DNA of 44,720 bases. It comes from a virus (Duplodnaviria > Caudoviricetes). A program made the translations under genes and the position numbers. The notes under the pieces were generated by a model. The model ran no database searches. It saw only the letters and a list, made by a program, of their open reading frames with translations, and was not told where the DNA came from. Where the stretch lies: the IMG/VR virus record IMGVR_UViG_3300037445_000060, positions 1 through 44,720 of that record; one strand, written 5' to 3'. Positions 9,477 through 18,040 of the stretch are shown piece after piece; the first letter of the stretch is position 1; each line of letters opens with the position of its first letter.

Positions 9477-9941
9477 CCCGGGCTTGTTCGCCCCGTCGAC
9501 GGTTGGCGGAGACGGGAAGATCATCTCGCGGGCTGGCTCGAGCTCGTCGGTGAGTCGGTCGTAGTCCGGGATCGTCAGCTCGCCGGTCGAGTCCGGGTCG
9601 TCGAGGGGCCGCCCGACGTTGGGCAGGTACGGGATGTGCCACTTCTCGACCATCATGATGATCAGGCCGTCGGTCATGTCGAGCGCGATGCCGCCCTTGC
9701 CGGACTGCATCCGCTCCAGGTTGAGCTGGTCCATGACCCGCTTGCGGTGCTTGGCCCGGATCTTGCGCGGGTCGGCAAGCTCCGCCCAGCCGCCGGAGGG
9801 CAGGTCGACCCGATTGACGGGCTCGCCCTCGACGGCCGGCGGTGCCTCCTCCGCCTGGCGGCGCTCGATGATGCCGCGCGCGTGCTGCACCGCGGCGGCC
9901 GGGTCGACGAACCCGGCGCCGGCATACTGCGTGCTGTCCAT
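9450..9941 (-). CDS. Tail assembly chaperone (G)
   Basis: 163 aa from MDSTQYAG with GAAAGG RBS, immediately downstream of the major tail gene. Confidence 0.78.
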   Translation of the reverse strand: MDSTQYAGAGFVDPAAAVQHARGIIERRQAEEAPPAVEGEPVNRVDLPSGGWAELADPRKIRAKHRKRVMDQLNLERMQSGKGGIALDMTDGLIIMMVEKWHIPYLPNVGRPLDDPDSTGELTIPDYDRLTDELEPAREMIFPSPPTVDGANKPGSPTRPAGA

Positions 9942-9958
9942 GTGGCGGGGCCTTTCGG

Positions 9959-11203
9959 TCAGTACGTCGCCGCGGCGACGTTGTTCTGCAGGGTCACCTT
10001 GACCGGGCTGTAGCCGGCCGACACGCCCGCGTTCGTGGTGTTCGAAACGGCCTTGAACGTGTCGTTGTACTGCACGAGCTCCGCGCCGCGGGCGATCTTC
10101 GCCGTGTCGAACGCGGCCGCCTGGACGTCGACGGTCAGGCCGAGCAGGGCCGCACCGGCGCCGCCGTTGGTGAGCGTCCACTGGAACTGCGGCTGCGAGT
10201 TGTTGAGCATCTGCAGCAGCGGGTTGGTCTCGGCGGCCGGGGCGGCGAAGTCGAGCTTCCCGGTGGCGGTGACGGCGCCGCGCTGGATGATGAACGGGTT
10301 TTGCGAGTTCTGGCCGGTGAAGATCGGCTTCAGCTTCCGCATGATCTTGATCTCCCACGAGCCGATCGTGGAGTCGAGGGTGCCGCCGGTGGCCGGGCCG
10401 CCGATGCCGAGCAGCGACCGCCACGACGCGACCGGCGCCGCGGTCGTCGGCGCCGACGTCGGGATCGCGCCGGCGATCGCCGACTTCCAGCCGTTGCCCT
10501 TGCCCTCGACCATGATGAGCTCGGACTCGGCGTTGCCCTTGAGCGTCAGCTCGGACAGGCAGCAGCCGGCCCACACCCGTGCCAGGTTCGTCGCCGGCGG
10601 GCCCTGCCAGTCGGTGATGGTGAGCGTGCCGGGCTGCGCGGTGCCGGAGTTCAGCGTGCTGAAGGCCTTCGAGAACGGGGCCTGGATCGGTGTGACCGCG
10701 ACACCCGAGTTGTGGGTGGCCGCGAGGGTCCGACCGACGAGCGGGATCGTGAACGGGCCGGAGCCGGTCGGGGTGCCGGTGGTGAACACCTCGGAGTTGA
10801 CGCCGGTGTCGATCTGGATCGTGGTGCCGTTCGGGATGGTCGCCACCGTGGACAGCGACGACGCACCCGACGACGCGGTCGAGGCGAGGGTCGTGGCGCC
10901 GGAGCCGGTCGGGGTGCCGGACTCGACCAGGTCGCCCAGGATGTTGTTCAGCCAGAAACCGAGGCCGTCGAGGAACGCCGGGCCGGAGAAGCTGAACTCC
11001 GAGAGCAGCACGCCCTGGACGAGGCCGTACTCCTCGACCATGGAGCCGCGCATCGCCTTGTCGACGAGCCACGTCGGCTTGTCCTCGGGGTCGAACTTCT
11101 CGACCGGCATCGTGTAGGTCATGGCCACGGGGGTGCCCGGCGTCGTCTCCTTGGCGACGCCGATGAACTGCTTATCCGCTGGCCAAGTAGTCGGACCGGG
11201 CAT
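9959..11203 (-). CDS. Major tail (tube) protein with an inserted beta domain
   Basis: 414 aa, FIGVAKETTPGTPV start, Thr/Gly-rich, upstream of G/T chaperones. Confidence 0.85.
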   Translation of the reverse strand: MPGPTTWPADKQFIGVAKETTPGTPVAMTYTMPVEKFDPEDKPTWLVDKAMRGSMVEEYGLVQGVLLSEFSFSGPAFLDGLGFWLNNILGDLVESGTPTGSGATTLASTASSGASSLSTVATIPNGTTIQIDTGVNSEVFTTGTPTGSGPFTIPLVGRTLAATHNSGVAVTPIQAPFSKAFSTLNSGTAQPGTLTITDWQGPPATNLARVWAGCCLSELTLKGNAESELIMVEGKGNGWKSAIAGAIPTSAPTTAAPVASWRSLLGIGGPATGGTLDSTIGSWEIKIMRKLKPIFTGQNSQNPFIIQRGAVTATGKLDFAAPAAETNPLLQMLNNSQPQFQWTLTNGGAGAALLGLTVDVQAAAFDTAKIARGAELVQYNDTFKAVSNTTNAGVSAGYSPVKVTLQNNVAAATY

Positions 11204-11206
11204 GGG

Positions 11207-11530
11207 TCACGCTCCCGCGCTGTCGGTGGTGCTGTGGTTGTCGGGGTGGACGGTGGCCGGGCCGTCGCAGGGCTCCCAGCAACCGTCATAGGCGGGCGGA
11301 ACGGCGAAGGTGTGGTTGCCGACGATGTCGCCGTCGACCACCATCTCGACCTCGGCGGTCCGGGTGTACTCGATGACGTCGCCGACCTGCACGGTCACCG
11401 GGATGTCCGCGTACGTACGCTCGGGGCCGCTGTAGCGCCAGAAGCGCGGCCCGGGCGGCGCCTCGAGCGTGGCGGGCAGCTCCTCGGCCGGCGCCTGGTC
11501 GGCGTCGGCGGGTGGGGTGGTCTTGGCCAT
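11207..11530 (-). CDS. Hypothetical protein in the head-tail region
   Basis: 107 aa, AGGAGA RBS, packs tightly in the operon. Confidence 0.75.
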   Translation of the reverse strand: MAKTTPPADADQAPAEELPATLEAPPGPRFWRYSGPERTYADIPVTVQVGDVIEYTRTAEVEMVVDGDIVGNHTFAVPPAYDGCWEPCDGPATVHPDNHSTTDSAGA

Positions 11531-11537
11531 GGTTCTC

Positions 11538-12788
11538 CTATCCGAAGTCGACCGCGTGGGCCTCGAAAAAGACCTCGAGCTTGCCCTTGGTGACGTTGTC
11601 CTCGGTGCTGCACTCGGTCTTCACCGAACGGATGTCCGGGCCGCCGCCCCACTGGTCGGCCTCGCCGATGTGGAACTGGCCGACCTCCAGGCCGCCGGTG
11701 CCGCACGTCGGGTCCGCTTCGAGCAGCGCCACGATCGCGGCGTCGATCGTGTCGAGGTAGTCGTTGCACTCCTCGGCGTACGGGGCCTCGGAGAACACGA
11801 AGACGTGCAGCTCGACCTTCACGGCCACGTGCTTGCGGCCCTGCACGGCCGGGACGGTGAGCCGCCGGCGGCGCTTCTCAGAGGTCCAGACGGCCATCCA
11901 CGCGCCGGTCTTGGCGCCGCTGCCCGCGCCGGCGAAGAAGTCGGCGTAGTCGAGGCGCTTCGCGAAGCCGCGGCGGACGAGGGCCAGGCCGGCGACGTTG
12001 GTCCCGCCGCCCGGCGCGGTGCGGTAGTCGTGGGTTGCGGCCTGGTAGCTGCCACCGAAGTAGCGGCCCAGGGCGTCGGCGACGGTAGCGAAGGTAGTCA
12101 CCCCACTCGTGACGATCGTGGGCCCGGCGGCCGGCTGGCCGAGGGCGACGGGGACCGCGATGCCGGTCGGCGAGGCGCCCGGGATCGTGACGGTGGGCTG
12201 GCCGAGCGCGACCGGGACGGCGATACCCGCCGGGCTGACACCGGCGTCGGCGAGGGTGCTCGTGCTGTTGCCGTTGGTGCCGTCCCACGAGCCGCTCGGC
12301 GAGTCGCCGTCGAAGTAGGAGCCGACGGAGCTGGCCTGCTCGTACAGCAGGGCGGTGATGTGCGCGCCCTGGCCGCCGCCGAGGGAGGCGAAGTTGACGC
12401 CGTCGATGATCAGGTACACGCCGGTCGTGTTCGCCGGCGCCGTGGCGGTGAAGCCGACCCGGGCCCAGGTGTTCGCGGTGATCGAGCCGAGCGCGAACGT
12501 GTGGGAGAAGTCGTCGCCGCCGGCCGAGCGGGTGAACGCGACGTAGAACGTGCCGGAGCCGATGCCGGAGCCGTTGGGATGGATCTCGACGGAGATCGTG
12601 TAGTCCAGGCCGGGCGAGGCGGCGCCGGCCGCGACCTGGGCGAAGGTCCCGGAGGTGTACAGCGCGGCGGTGGTCCGCCCGGACGGCGCGCCAGAGACGC
12701 CGGTCGCCTGCGCCGGAGTGCTGCCGCCGCCCCAACCGGTGACGTTGTTCTTCAGCGCCGGGTTGGTGCTGAGATTGTGCCGCGGCAC
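11538..12788 (-). CDS. Structural protein: N-terminal carbohydrate-binding-like domain fused to a tail-terminator-like domain
   Basis: 416 aa; NLSTNP..W...WARVGFTATAPA...YFDG N-terminal domain, SPxGIAVPVALGQP x2 linker, C-terminal VELHVFV...IVALLEADPTCG; located upstream of the tail tube gene. Confidence 0.6.
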   Translation of the reverse strand: MPRHNLSTNPALKNNVTGWGGGSTPAQATGVSGAPSGRTTAALYTSGTFAQVAAGAASPGLDYTISVEIHPNGSGIGSGTFYVAFTRSAGGDDFSHTFALGSITANTWARVGFTATAPANTTGVYLIIDGVNFASLGGGQGAHITALLYEQASSVGSYFDGDSPSGSWDGTNGNSTSTLADAGVSPAGIAVPVALGQPTVTIPGASPTGIAVPVALGQPAAGPTIVTSGVTTFATVADALGRYFGGSYQAATHDYRTAPGGGTNVAGLALVRRGFAKRLDYADFFAGAGSGAKTGAWMAVWTSEKRRRRLTVPAVQGRKHVAVKVELHVFVFSEAPYAEECNDYLDTIDAAIVALLEADPTCGTGGLEVGQFHIGEADQWGGGPDIRSVKTECSTEDNVTKGKLEVFFEAHAVDFG

Positions 12789-12794
12789 CCTGGG

Positions 12795-13223
12795 TCAGCC
12801 GATCTTGAAGATCTTGTTTGCGCCGTTGTCCCAGGTGATCGGGGTGCTGCCGGAGCCGGGCTGGATCGGCAGGCCGGTGCCGGTGTCGTACCAGGCAATG
12901 ACCCGCTGCGCGGACTGGGCGACGTCGGCGCCGCCGGCCGCGCTCGAGGACTGGTAGAGCAGGATGCCGTGGTTGCTCCCGCTGGCCGTCGTGGTGGCCG
13001 AGGTGTCGGCCGCGTCGAACACCCCGCCGGTGACCGTCTTGGAGCCGAGCGCCGCGCTGGTGCCGTTGATGACGCCGCTGGCGCCGGTCACGTCGGAGAC
13101 GAACTTGTGCGCCGAGTTGTACGTGTAGCCGCTGACGAACGAGGCCTTGATCGAGGCGACCGTGAGCGCGATCGTGCCGTCCTCGATGCCCTCGGCTGCC
13201 GCCGGGTACATGGTGTTCGTCAT
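12795..13223 (-). CDS. Putative virion structural protein
   Basis: 142 aa; FDAAD...YDTGTGLPIQPG..ITWDNGANKIFKI pattern recalled from actinophage structural proteins. Confidence 0.65.
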   Translation of the reverse strand: MTNTMYPAAAEGIEDGTIALTVASIKASFVSGYTYNSAHKFVSDVTGASGVINGTSAALGSKTVTGGVFDAADTSATTTASGSNHGILLYQSSSAAGGADVAQSAQRVIAWYDTGTGLPIQPGSGSTPITWDNGANKIFKIG

Positions 13224-13236
13224 GGCCGCCCCCTGG

Positions 13237-14115
13237 TCATCGCACGGACGCGTAGCTGGCGAGGAGCCGCATGGCCTTGTCTTCCCACACCGACCCGGGG
13301 CGCATCGTCTTGCCGCCGGTCGTCGGCTTCATCCGCCCGGGCCATTGGTCCGACCGGGTCGTGCCTGGGCGCTGCAGCTGGTCGATCGTCTTGTACACGC
13401 AGGCCTGGATGACGTCGGCCGGCATCGCCGAGATGCCCGCCCCGGCCGCGTGCGTGTTCACGAGTGGCGTGGTGAGCGGCACGGCCGCGGCGCCGGTGAC
13501 GTAGCTCTGGGCGACCGTCACGACCTCTTCCTTGCCGGGGTCCCAGATCCGCAGCGTGTCACCGGCCATGATGCCGGTGACGTCGACCGGCGTAACCGAG
13601 GTGGCGCCGCTGTTGGCCTGCACGCTGAGCGTGCTGTTGTGGTGAGCGGCCAGGTACGTCCACCTGGTGTACAGCTCGCTCGACACGCCCGGGGGTGAGA
13701 ACTGCAGCGTGCTGAACCCTGGGCTGAGCGGGCCGAACGGCATGACGATCTGCTCGTCGTTCTCGATCCACTGCCCGGTGAGATCAGTGACCGTGCGCAG
13801 GTTGGCGACGCCGGGCGAGTAGCCGTAGGCGAACGCGGTGACGAGCCGGACCGGGTTGTGCTGCGGGTGCCACTTCAGCAGGCCGTCGCGGTCGACGCGG
13901 AGGCGCTTCTGCTCGGTGTTGTAGTGCGCGTGTAGCGGCTGGTTGCAGACGTCGTTGGACGCCCACGCGGACGCGATGAGCAGCTGGTTGTACAGCTCGG
14001 CGTCCTGATCGGCGCCGGCGGTGTCGCCGGAGCGCAGGTTGCCGAGGTCGAGGTACGTCGGCGAGGCCTTGAAGGTGGCCGTCGTCAGGTACGGAACCGT
14101 CACAGGAACGTCCAC
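13237..14115 (-). CDS. Head-to-tail adaptor-like protein with an inserted beta domain
   Basis: 292 aa; PYLT..FK start, MPADVIQAC and MRLLASY C-terminal patterns; downstream of capsid; GGGAGG RBS. Confidence 0.7.
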   Translation of the reverse strand: MDVPVTVPYLTTATFKASPTYLDLGNLRSGDTAGADQDAELYNQLLIASAWASNDVCNQPLHAHYNTEQKRLRVDRDGLLKWHPQHNPVRLVTAFAYGYSPGVANLRTVTDLTGQWIENDEQIVMPFGPLSPGFSTLQFSPPGVSSELYTRWTYLAAHHNSTLSVQANSGATSVTPVDVTGIMAGDTLRIWDPGKEEVVTVAQSYVTGAAAVPLTTPLVNTHAAGAGISAMPADVIQACVYKTIDQLQRPGTTRSDQWPGRMKPTTGGKTMRPGSVWEDKAMRLLASYASVR

Positions 14116-14130
14116 GGCGGCCTCCCTTCG

Positions 14131-14346
14131 TCAGCTCGAGGCGTGGGTCTCGCCGTGCACGCACGCGGCGTGCGAGGCGTCGGCCGGCAGGTAGGGGAAG
14201 CACACCCACGGGGTGGGGCAGTGCCCGAGGTCGCCGAGCTGGAGGCCGGTGGGCGCCGCGTCCTCGTCCGGCTGCTCCGGCGCCGGGTCGGTCTTGGGCT
14301 CGTCGGTCTTCTTGACCATGTCGTCCGTCTTCTTCGTGGTCGTCAT
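14131..14346 (-). CDS. Hypothetical protein
   Basis: 71 aa, TGATG-coupled, GAGGAG RBS. Confidence 0.7.
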   Translation of the reverse strand: MTTTKKTDDMVKKTDEPKTDPAPEQPDEDAAPTGLQLGDLGHCPTPWVCFPYLPADASHAACVHGETHASS

Positions 14347-14729
14347 CAGGCTCTCCTCACCGCGGCTTGCATGGACTGGTGGGCGTCGTACGTCACCGCG
14401 CGGCCTGACGCGGGGATGTCGTACGTCACCGTGAGACCCGGCGTATTCAGGCGCGCCCAGCGCTCGTCAGCCGTCTCAGCGCGGTGACCGCAGCGGCTGC
14501 AGGTGCGCACGACCGGCCGGAAGCCGCAGCCGGGGCAGATGTAACCGCCGCGGGTCACACCGCCGATCGACGGGACGAATCCGCCCTCGCGCAGCAGCGC
14601 CTTCGCGTCGCGCGGGTGCATCTCGTACATGCCGCCGCCGGTGGCCTTGTAGCGGCGGCCAGTCACACCGTCGACCTCGGCGACCAGGCCGTCCGGTGCG
14701 GCGACCCGTACACGTTCCTCGAGCGCCAT
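14346..14729 (-). CDS. Hypothetical zinc-ribbon protein
   Basis: From MALEERV with AGGAGG RBS; CPGC-x7-CSRC. Confidence 0.72.
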   Translation of the reverse strand: MALEERVRVAAPDGLVAEVDGVTGRRYKATGGGMYEMHPRDAKALLREGGFVPSIGGVTRGGYICPGCGFRPVVRTCSRCGHRAETADERWARLNTPGLTVTYDIPASGRAVTYDAHQSMQAAVRRA

Positions 14730-14765
14730 GGCGCCCACCTCCTGCTCGTGTGCTCCACGGGTTGT

Positions 14766-14810
14766 CTCTGGCCGGCCGCGCCGCGGAGCACGCACCACGG
14801 CCGGCCAGAG
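14766..14810 (-). terminator. Hairpin downstream of the major capsid gene
   Basis: CTCTGGCCGGCCG...CGGCCGGCCAGAG, 13-bp perfect stem just after the capsid stop. Confidence 0.65.
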
Positions 14811-14817
14811 GGCTCTG

Positions 14818-16566
14818 TTACGGGTTGAGGCCGAGGATCAGGCCCGACCAGGCCGGGGCGTAGTGCACCAGCGTGCCGAACAGGTACGTCGACACGTCGT
14901 AGGTGAACTGGATGACCGGCCACTCGACGGACATGTAGTCCTGGACGTTGACGACCTCGGAGGTGGCATTGACCTCGGAGTCCGGCACCGGCAGGGTGCG
15001 GGAGCGCAGGAACGACACGCCGACCGGCATGTACGGGTGCACCTTGAGGTCGACCATCTTGCCGGTGGTCTGGTTGGAGATCGCGCCGATGACCGCGCCC
15101 ACGGTGGCGCCGGGGTTGCCGTCGACGTTGGTGTCGGTGAGCGCGATCCGGTACGCCGTGGTGCTGGCCGTGGTCTTGAGCCACTGGCCGAGGGCGTTGC
15201 GGATCGAGCCGTCGATCCAGACCTCATCCGGGTCGGCCAGCAGCTTGTTGCCGTACTGGCCGCCGCCGCCCGGGTTGTTCGCGCCGCCGTACATGGCCAG
15301 GAACGCGTCCTGCCACGGCTGGTCGCCGACCGGCACGCCGGTACCGATGCGGCTGTTGACGCCGAAGGTGTTGGCGCCGATGACCGCGTTGGCGCCGGTC
15401 AGGTTGACCCGCTTGACGTAGCCGGACTGCGCCGGGTCGGCCTGCACCGTGAGGTAGCCGTCGTAGCCGTTGGCGTTCGCGGTCGAGTCGGCGCCCGGGA
15501 TGGCCGCACCGCCGGCGACCGGAGGGGCGGACAGGGTGGCCACGTTGCCGGAGAACGAGAACTGGAACGTCTCGGAACCGCCGCCGCCGCCGGCCTGCGA
15601 CACGTAGAGGTTGTAGCCGAGCGCGCCGGTGGGCTCGGTCGCCACGGTCACCGTGATGGTGCTAGTGGCGCCGGTGGTGACCTGGGCGACACGGTTCGAC
15701 ACGACCGTCTCGCCGCCGCCGGCGCGGGCCGTGACGGTGATCTGGTAGGTCCCCGCGGCGATGGTGCCGCCGGTGGTCGAGGTCGCACCGGAGATGACCG
15801 GGGCCGCGACCGCGCCGGCGTAGCCGTTACCACCGGTGCCGCGGCCGAACAGCAGCGCGCGCTCCTCGCCGCCGAACGTGGCCCAGAGCAGCGCGGTCTG
15901 GGACAGCTGGCGGATGTTCTCGAAGCCCTGGCCGGCGAACTGCGCCTTCCAGGTCACGCTGTCGGAGAGGCCCTGCTCCATGTAGGCGACGGTCTTCGAG
16001 TCCGACGCGTACGTGATCTTCGCGCCGCGGCGCAGGGAGATGGGCCCGAACGCGGTCGAGATCGACTCGGAGTTCATGAACGCCATCGCATCGGCGATGC
16101 CGCCCACGCCGGAGTTGGTCCAGCCGAGGATGCGCTTGAACTGCCGGCCGGTGCCCTGGCCCTTGTCGCGAGGGATGCTGTTGCGCAGCGGCGTCATGCG
16201 CGGCACGAGCAGCTTGGCCGGGGCCTCCAGGTCGTACGGCACGAGGCCGGCCGCGTTGGGGAAGGTCACCGACCAGTCCTTGCCGAGGTCGGCCAGGCTG
16301 GACTTGAGGGCCTCGAGCTCGCCCGCCATCGACGCCGCGGCGTCCGGGGACAGGCCCTTGGTGATGGTCTCGACGCGCTCGGCGATCCGCTGCGCGTCGG
16401 GCTTGGCGACGATGCCGGTCTTCGGCGCGAACGCCAGCTCCCCGCCCGCCGACTTGGCGTGCGAGTCGTTGAGGGCGCCCTTGTACTGCTCGAACCGCTG
16501 AGCCACCTCGACGCCGGACTGGGCGTCGGAGAACAGCTCGGACGGTGCGGGTGCGGTGCGTGCCAT
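14818..16566 (-). CDS. Major capsid protein with an internal Ig/FN3-like insertion
   Basis: 582 aa from MARTAPAP; GLVPYDLEAPAKLLVP..TPLRNSIPR, EERALLFG, VHPYMP and GTLVHYAPAW patterns; follows the protease gene. Confidence 0.85.
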   Translation of the reverse strand: MARTAPAPSELFSDAQSGVEVAQRFEQYKGALNDSHAKSAGGELAFAPKTGIVAKPDAQRIAERVETITKGLSPDAAASMAGELEALKSSLADLGKDWSVTFPNAAGLVPYDLEAPAKLLVPRMTPLRNSIPRDKGQGTGRQFKRILGWTNSGVGGIADAMAFMNSESISTAFGPISLRRGAKITYASDSKTVAYMEQGLSDSVTWKAQFAGQGFENIRQLSQTALLWATFGGEERALLFGRGTGGNGYAGAVAAPVISGATSTTGGTIAAGTYQITVTARAGGGETVVSNRVAQVTTGATSTITVTVATEPTGALGYNLYVSQAGGGGGSETFQFSFSGNVATLSAPPVAGGAAIPGADSTANANGYDGYLTVQADPAQSGYVKRVNLTGANAVIGANTFGVNSRIGTGVPVGDQPWQDAFLAMYGGANNPGGGGQYGNKLLADPDEVWIDGSIRNALGQWLKTTASTTAYRIALTDTNVDGNPGATVGAVIGAISNQTTGKMVDLKVHPYMPVGVSFLRSRTLPVPDSEVNATSEVVNVQDYMSVEWPVIQFTYDVSTYLFGTLVHYAPAWSGLILGLNP

Positions 16567-16594
16567 GGTCGTATGTCCGTTTCGGACGGCAGGG

Positions 16595-17806
16595 TCAGGC
16601 CTTGACCCGCGCGCGCTCCTGCGCGGCGAGGTCGAGGTAGCCCTGGGCGGCTGCGTGGTCGACGCCGCGCATCTCAGAGGCGCGGCGTTCGTACTCAGCT
16701 GCCTTGGCGAGCGCCGTGGAGCGCCCCTCTGCCGCGGCGATGCTCTGTACGGGTCGTGCGAGCACCGGACCACCAGGGATCGGCGTGGCCGTCACCTTCG
16801 CGAGCTGGGCCTCGAGCGCGCGGACGCGCCCCTCTGAAGCCTCGGTCGCCTCTGTGACCGCCTTCGTGATCATGGCGGTGATGGTGCTTTCGTCCGGCGT
16901 GTTGCCGGCAGTCTTGGTGTCGTCGGGCGTGACGGCCAGGTCGACGTCAACGGCGCCGGCGAGGTCGAGCGCATCGCTTGTGGCTTCGGACAGCTCCAGC
17001 TCACAGAACCATTCGAGGCTCGCGACGGCGTCGAGCAGGCAGGAGATCTGGTAGGCGTCGCAGACCTCGCCCTCGGCCAGGCTGGCGGCCTCGGACTCGA
17101 TGAGCCGGGCGATGGCCGAGATGGCCGCGCGGGCGCTGGCGATGTCCGCGGCCGGCGCGGCCTTGTCGAGGGTGACGAGCTCGGGCACCAGCTTGCGGAC
17201 CCGGCGTACCATGTCGGCGCCCTGGCGCTTCAGCCCGAGGTCGGCGGCGGGTGCGGCCGGGGCGTCGCCGGCCCCGCCAGGAAGCGGCACCACGGCGTCC
17301 GCGTCGCCGACCTCGGGGGTCTCGGGAGCCTCGACCGGCTGTAGCGTGCCGTCCTTGGCGGCCTTGCAGATGGCCATCTTGGCGGTGGGGTTGCAGGGCC
17401 GGTCGACGTAGGAGGTCTCGACGATCGCGCCGCCGACGATCCGCCCGGCCGGCGCAGTGGCGTCCTTGATGACCTTGGGGTTCTTGATGCCGATGCTGTA
17501 GCCCTTGAGCACGCCGGATTCGATCTTGGCGGCTGTGCCGGGGTCGATGCACTTCGACTTGAGCCACCAATCATCGCCGATGGCCTCGAGCTCCACGCCG
17601 ACGCCGGCGGCGATCGGCTGGTGCATCTCCCGAACGTTCCCCCACTCCATCCACGCCGGCATGGCGGACTTCAGCCACGTCGGGTCGCAAATCTGGCCGT
17701 CGAGGTCGAGGTCGGGCCCGGTGGCCTTGCCGTACACGAGCAGGTCGCCGTTGGCGTCACGCTCACTCTTGACGATCTCGGCCGCATAGGCGTACGTCAC
17801 GGACAT
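16595..17806 (-). CDS. Prohead protease / scaffold fusion (HK97 type)
   Basis: VYGKAT..DLDGQ, NVREMHQ (His), LKGYSIG (Ser), ETSYVDRPCNP; helical Ala/Glu-rich C-terminus. Confidence 0.88.
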   Translation of the reverse strand: MSVTYAYAAEIVKSERDANGDLLVYGKATGPDLDLDGQICDPTWLKSAMPAWMEWGNVREMHQPIAAGVGVELEAIGDDWWLKSKCIDPGTAAKIESGVLKGYSIGIKNPKVIKDATAPAGRIVGGAIVETSYVDRPCNPTAKMAICKAAKDGTLQPVEAPETPEVGDADAVVPLPGGAGDAPAAPAADLGLKRQGADMVRRVRKLVPELVTLDKAAPAADIASARAAISAIARLIESEAASLAEGEVCDAYQISCLLDAVASLEWFCELELSEATSDALDLAGAVDVDLAVTPDDTKTAGNTPDESTITAMITKAVTEATEASEGRVRALEAQLAKVTATPIPGGPVLARPVQSIAAAEGRSTALAKAAEYERRASEMRGVDHAAAQGYLDLAAQERARVKA

Positions 17807-17824
17807 CGTTCACACTCCTAGCGG

Positions 17825-18040
17825 TCAGTCGGGTTGCTCGCGGGTGAGGACGTAGCCGTTGCCCCAGTCGCGCAGGATGGCCTTGGCACGTGGCATGCCG
17901 AACTGCTGGACCTTGGTCGCGCAGATCTCGAGGCCCCGGCCGGTCGTCGAGCTGAGCGTGCCGTCGTCGTTCAGGGTCACGACGTCGATGACCTGGCCGG
18001 GCTTGCCGCTGCGGTCGACGCGTACGACTTCGATGATCAT
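17825..18040 (-). CDS. Small protein coupled to the MuF-kinase gene; candidate immunity protein
   Basis: 71 aa MIIEVVRVDR...WGNGYVLTREQPD; ATGA overlap with the stop of 18037-21660. Confidence 0.7.
   Translation of the reverse strand: MIIEVVRVDRSGKPGQVIDVVTLNDDGTLSSTTGRGLEICATKVQQFGMPRAKAILRDWGNGYVLTREQPD

Noticed and set aside
9942-11072. N-terminal 377 aa of the 540-aa ORF 9450-11072
   Set aside because: Out-of-frame overlap with the major tail gene, Arg-rich nonsense; the real start is ATG 9941 with an RBS
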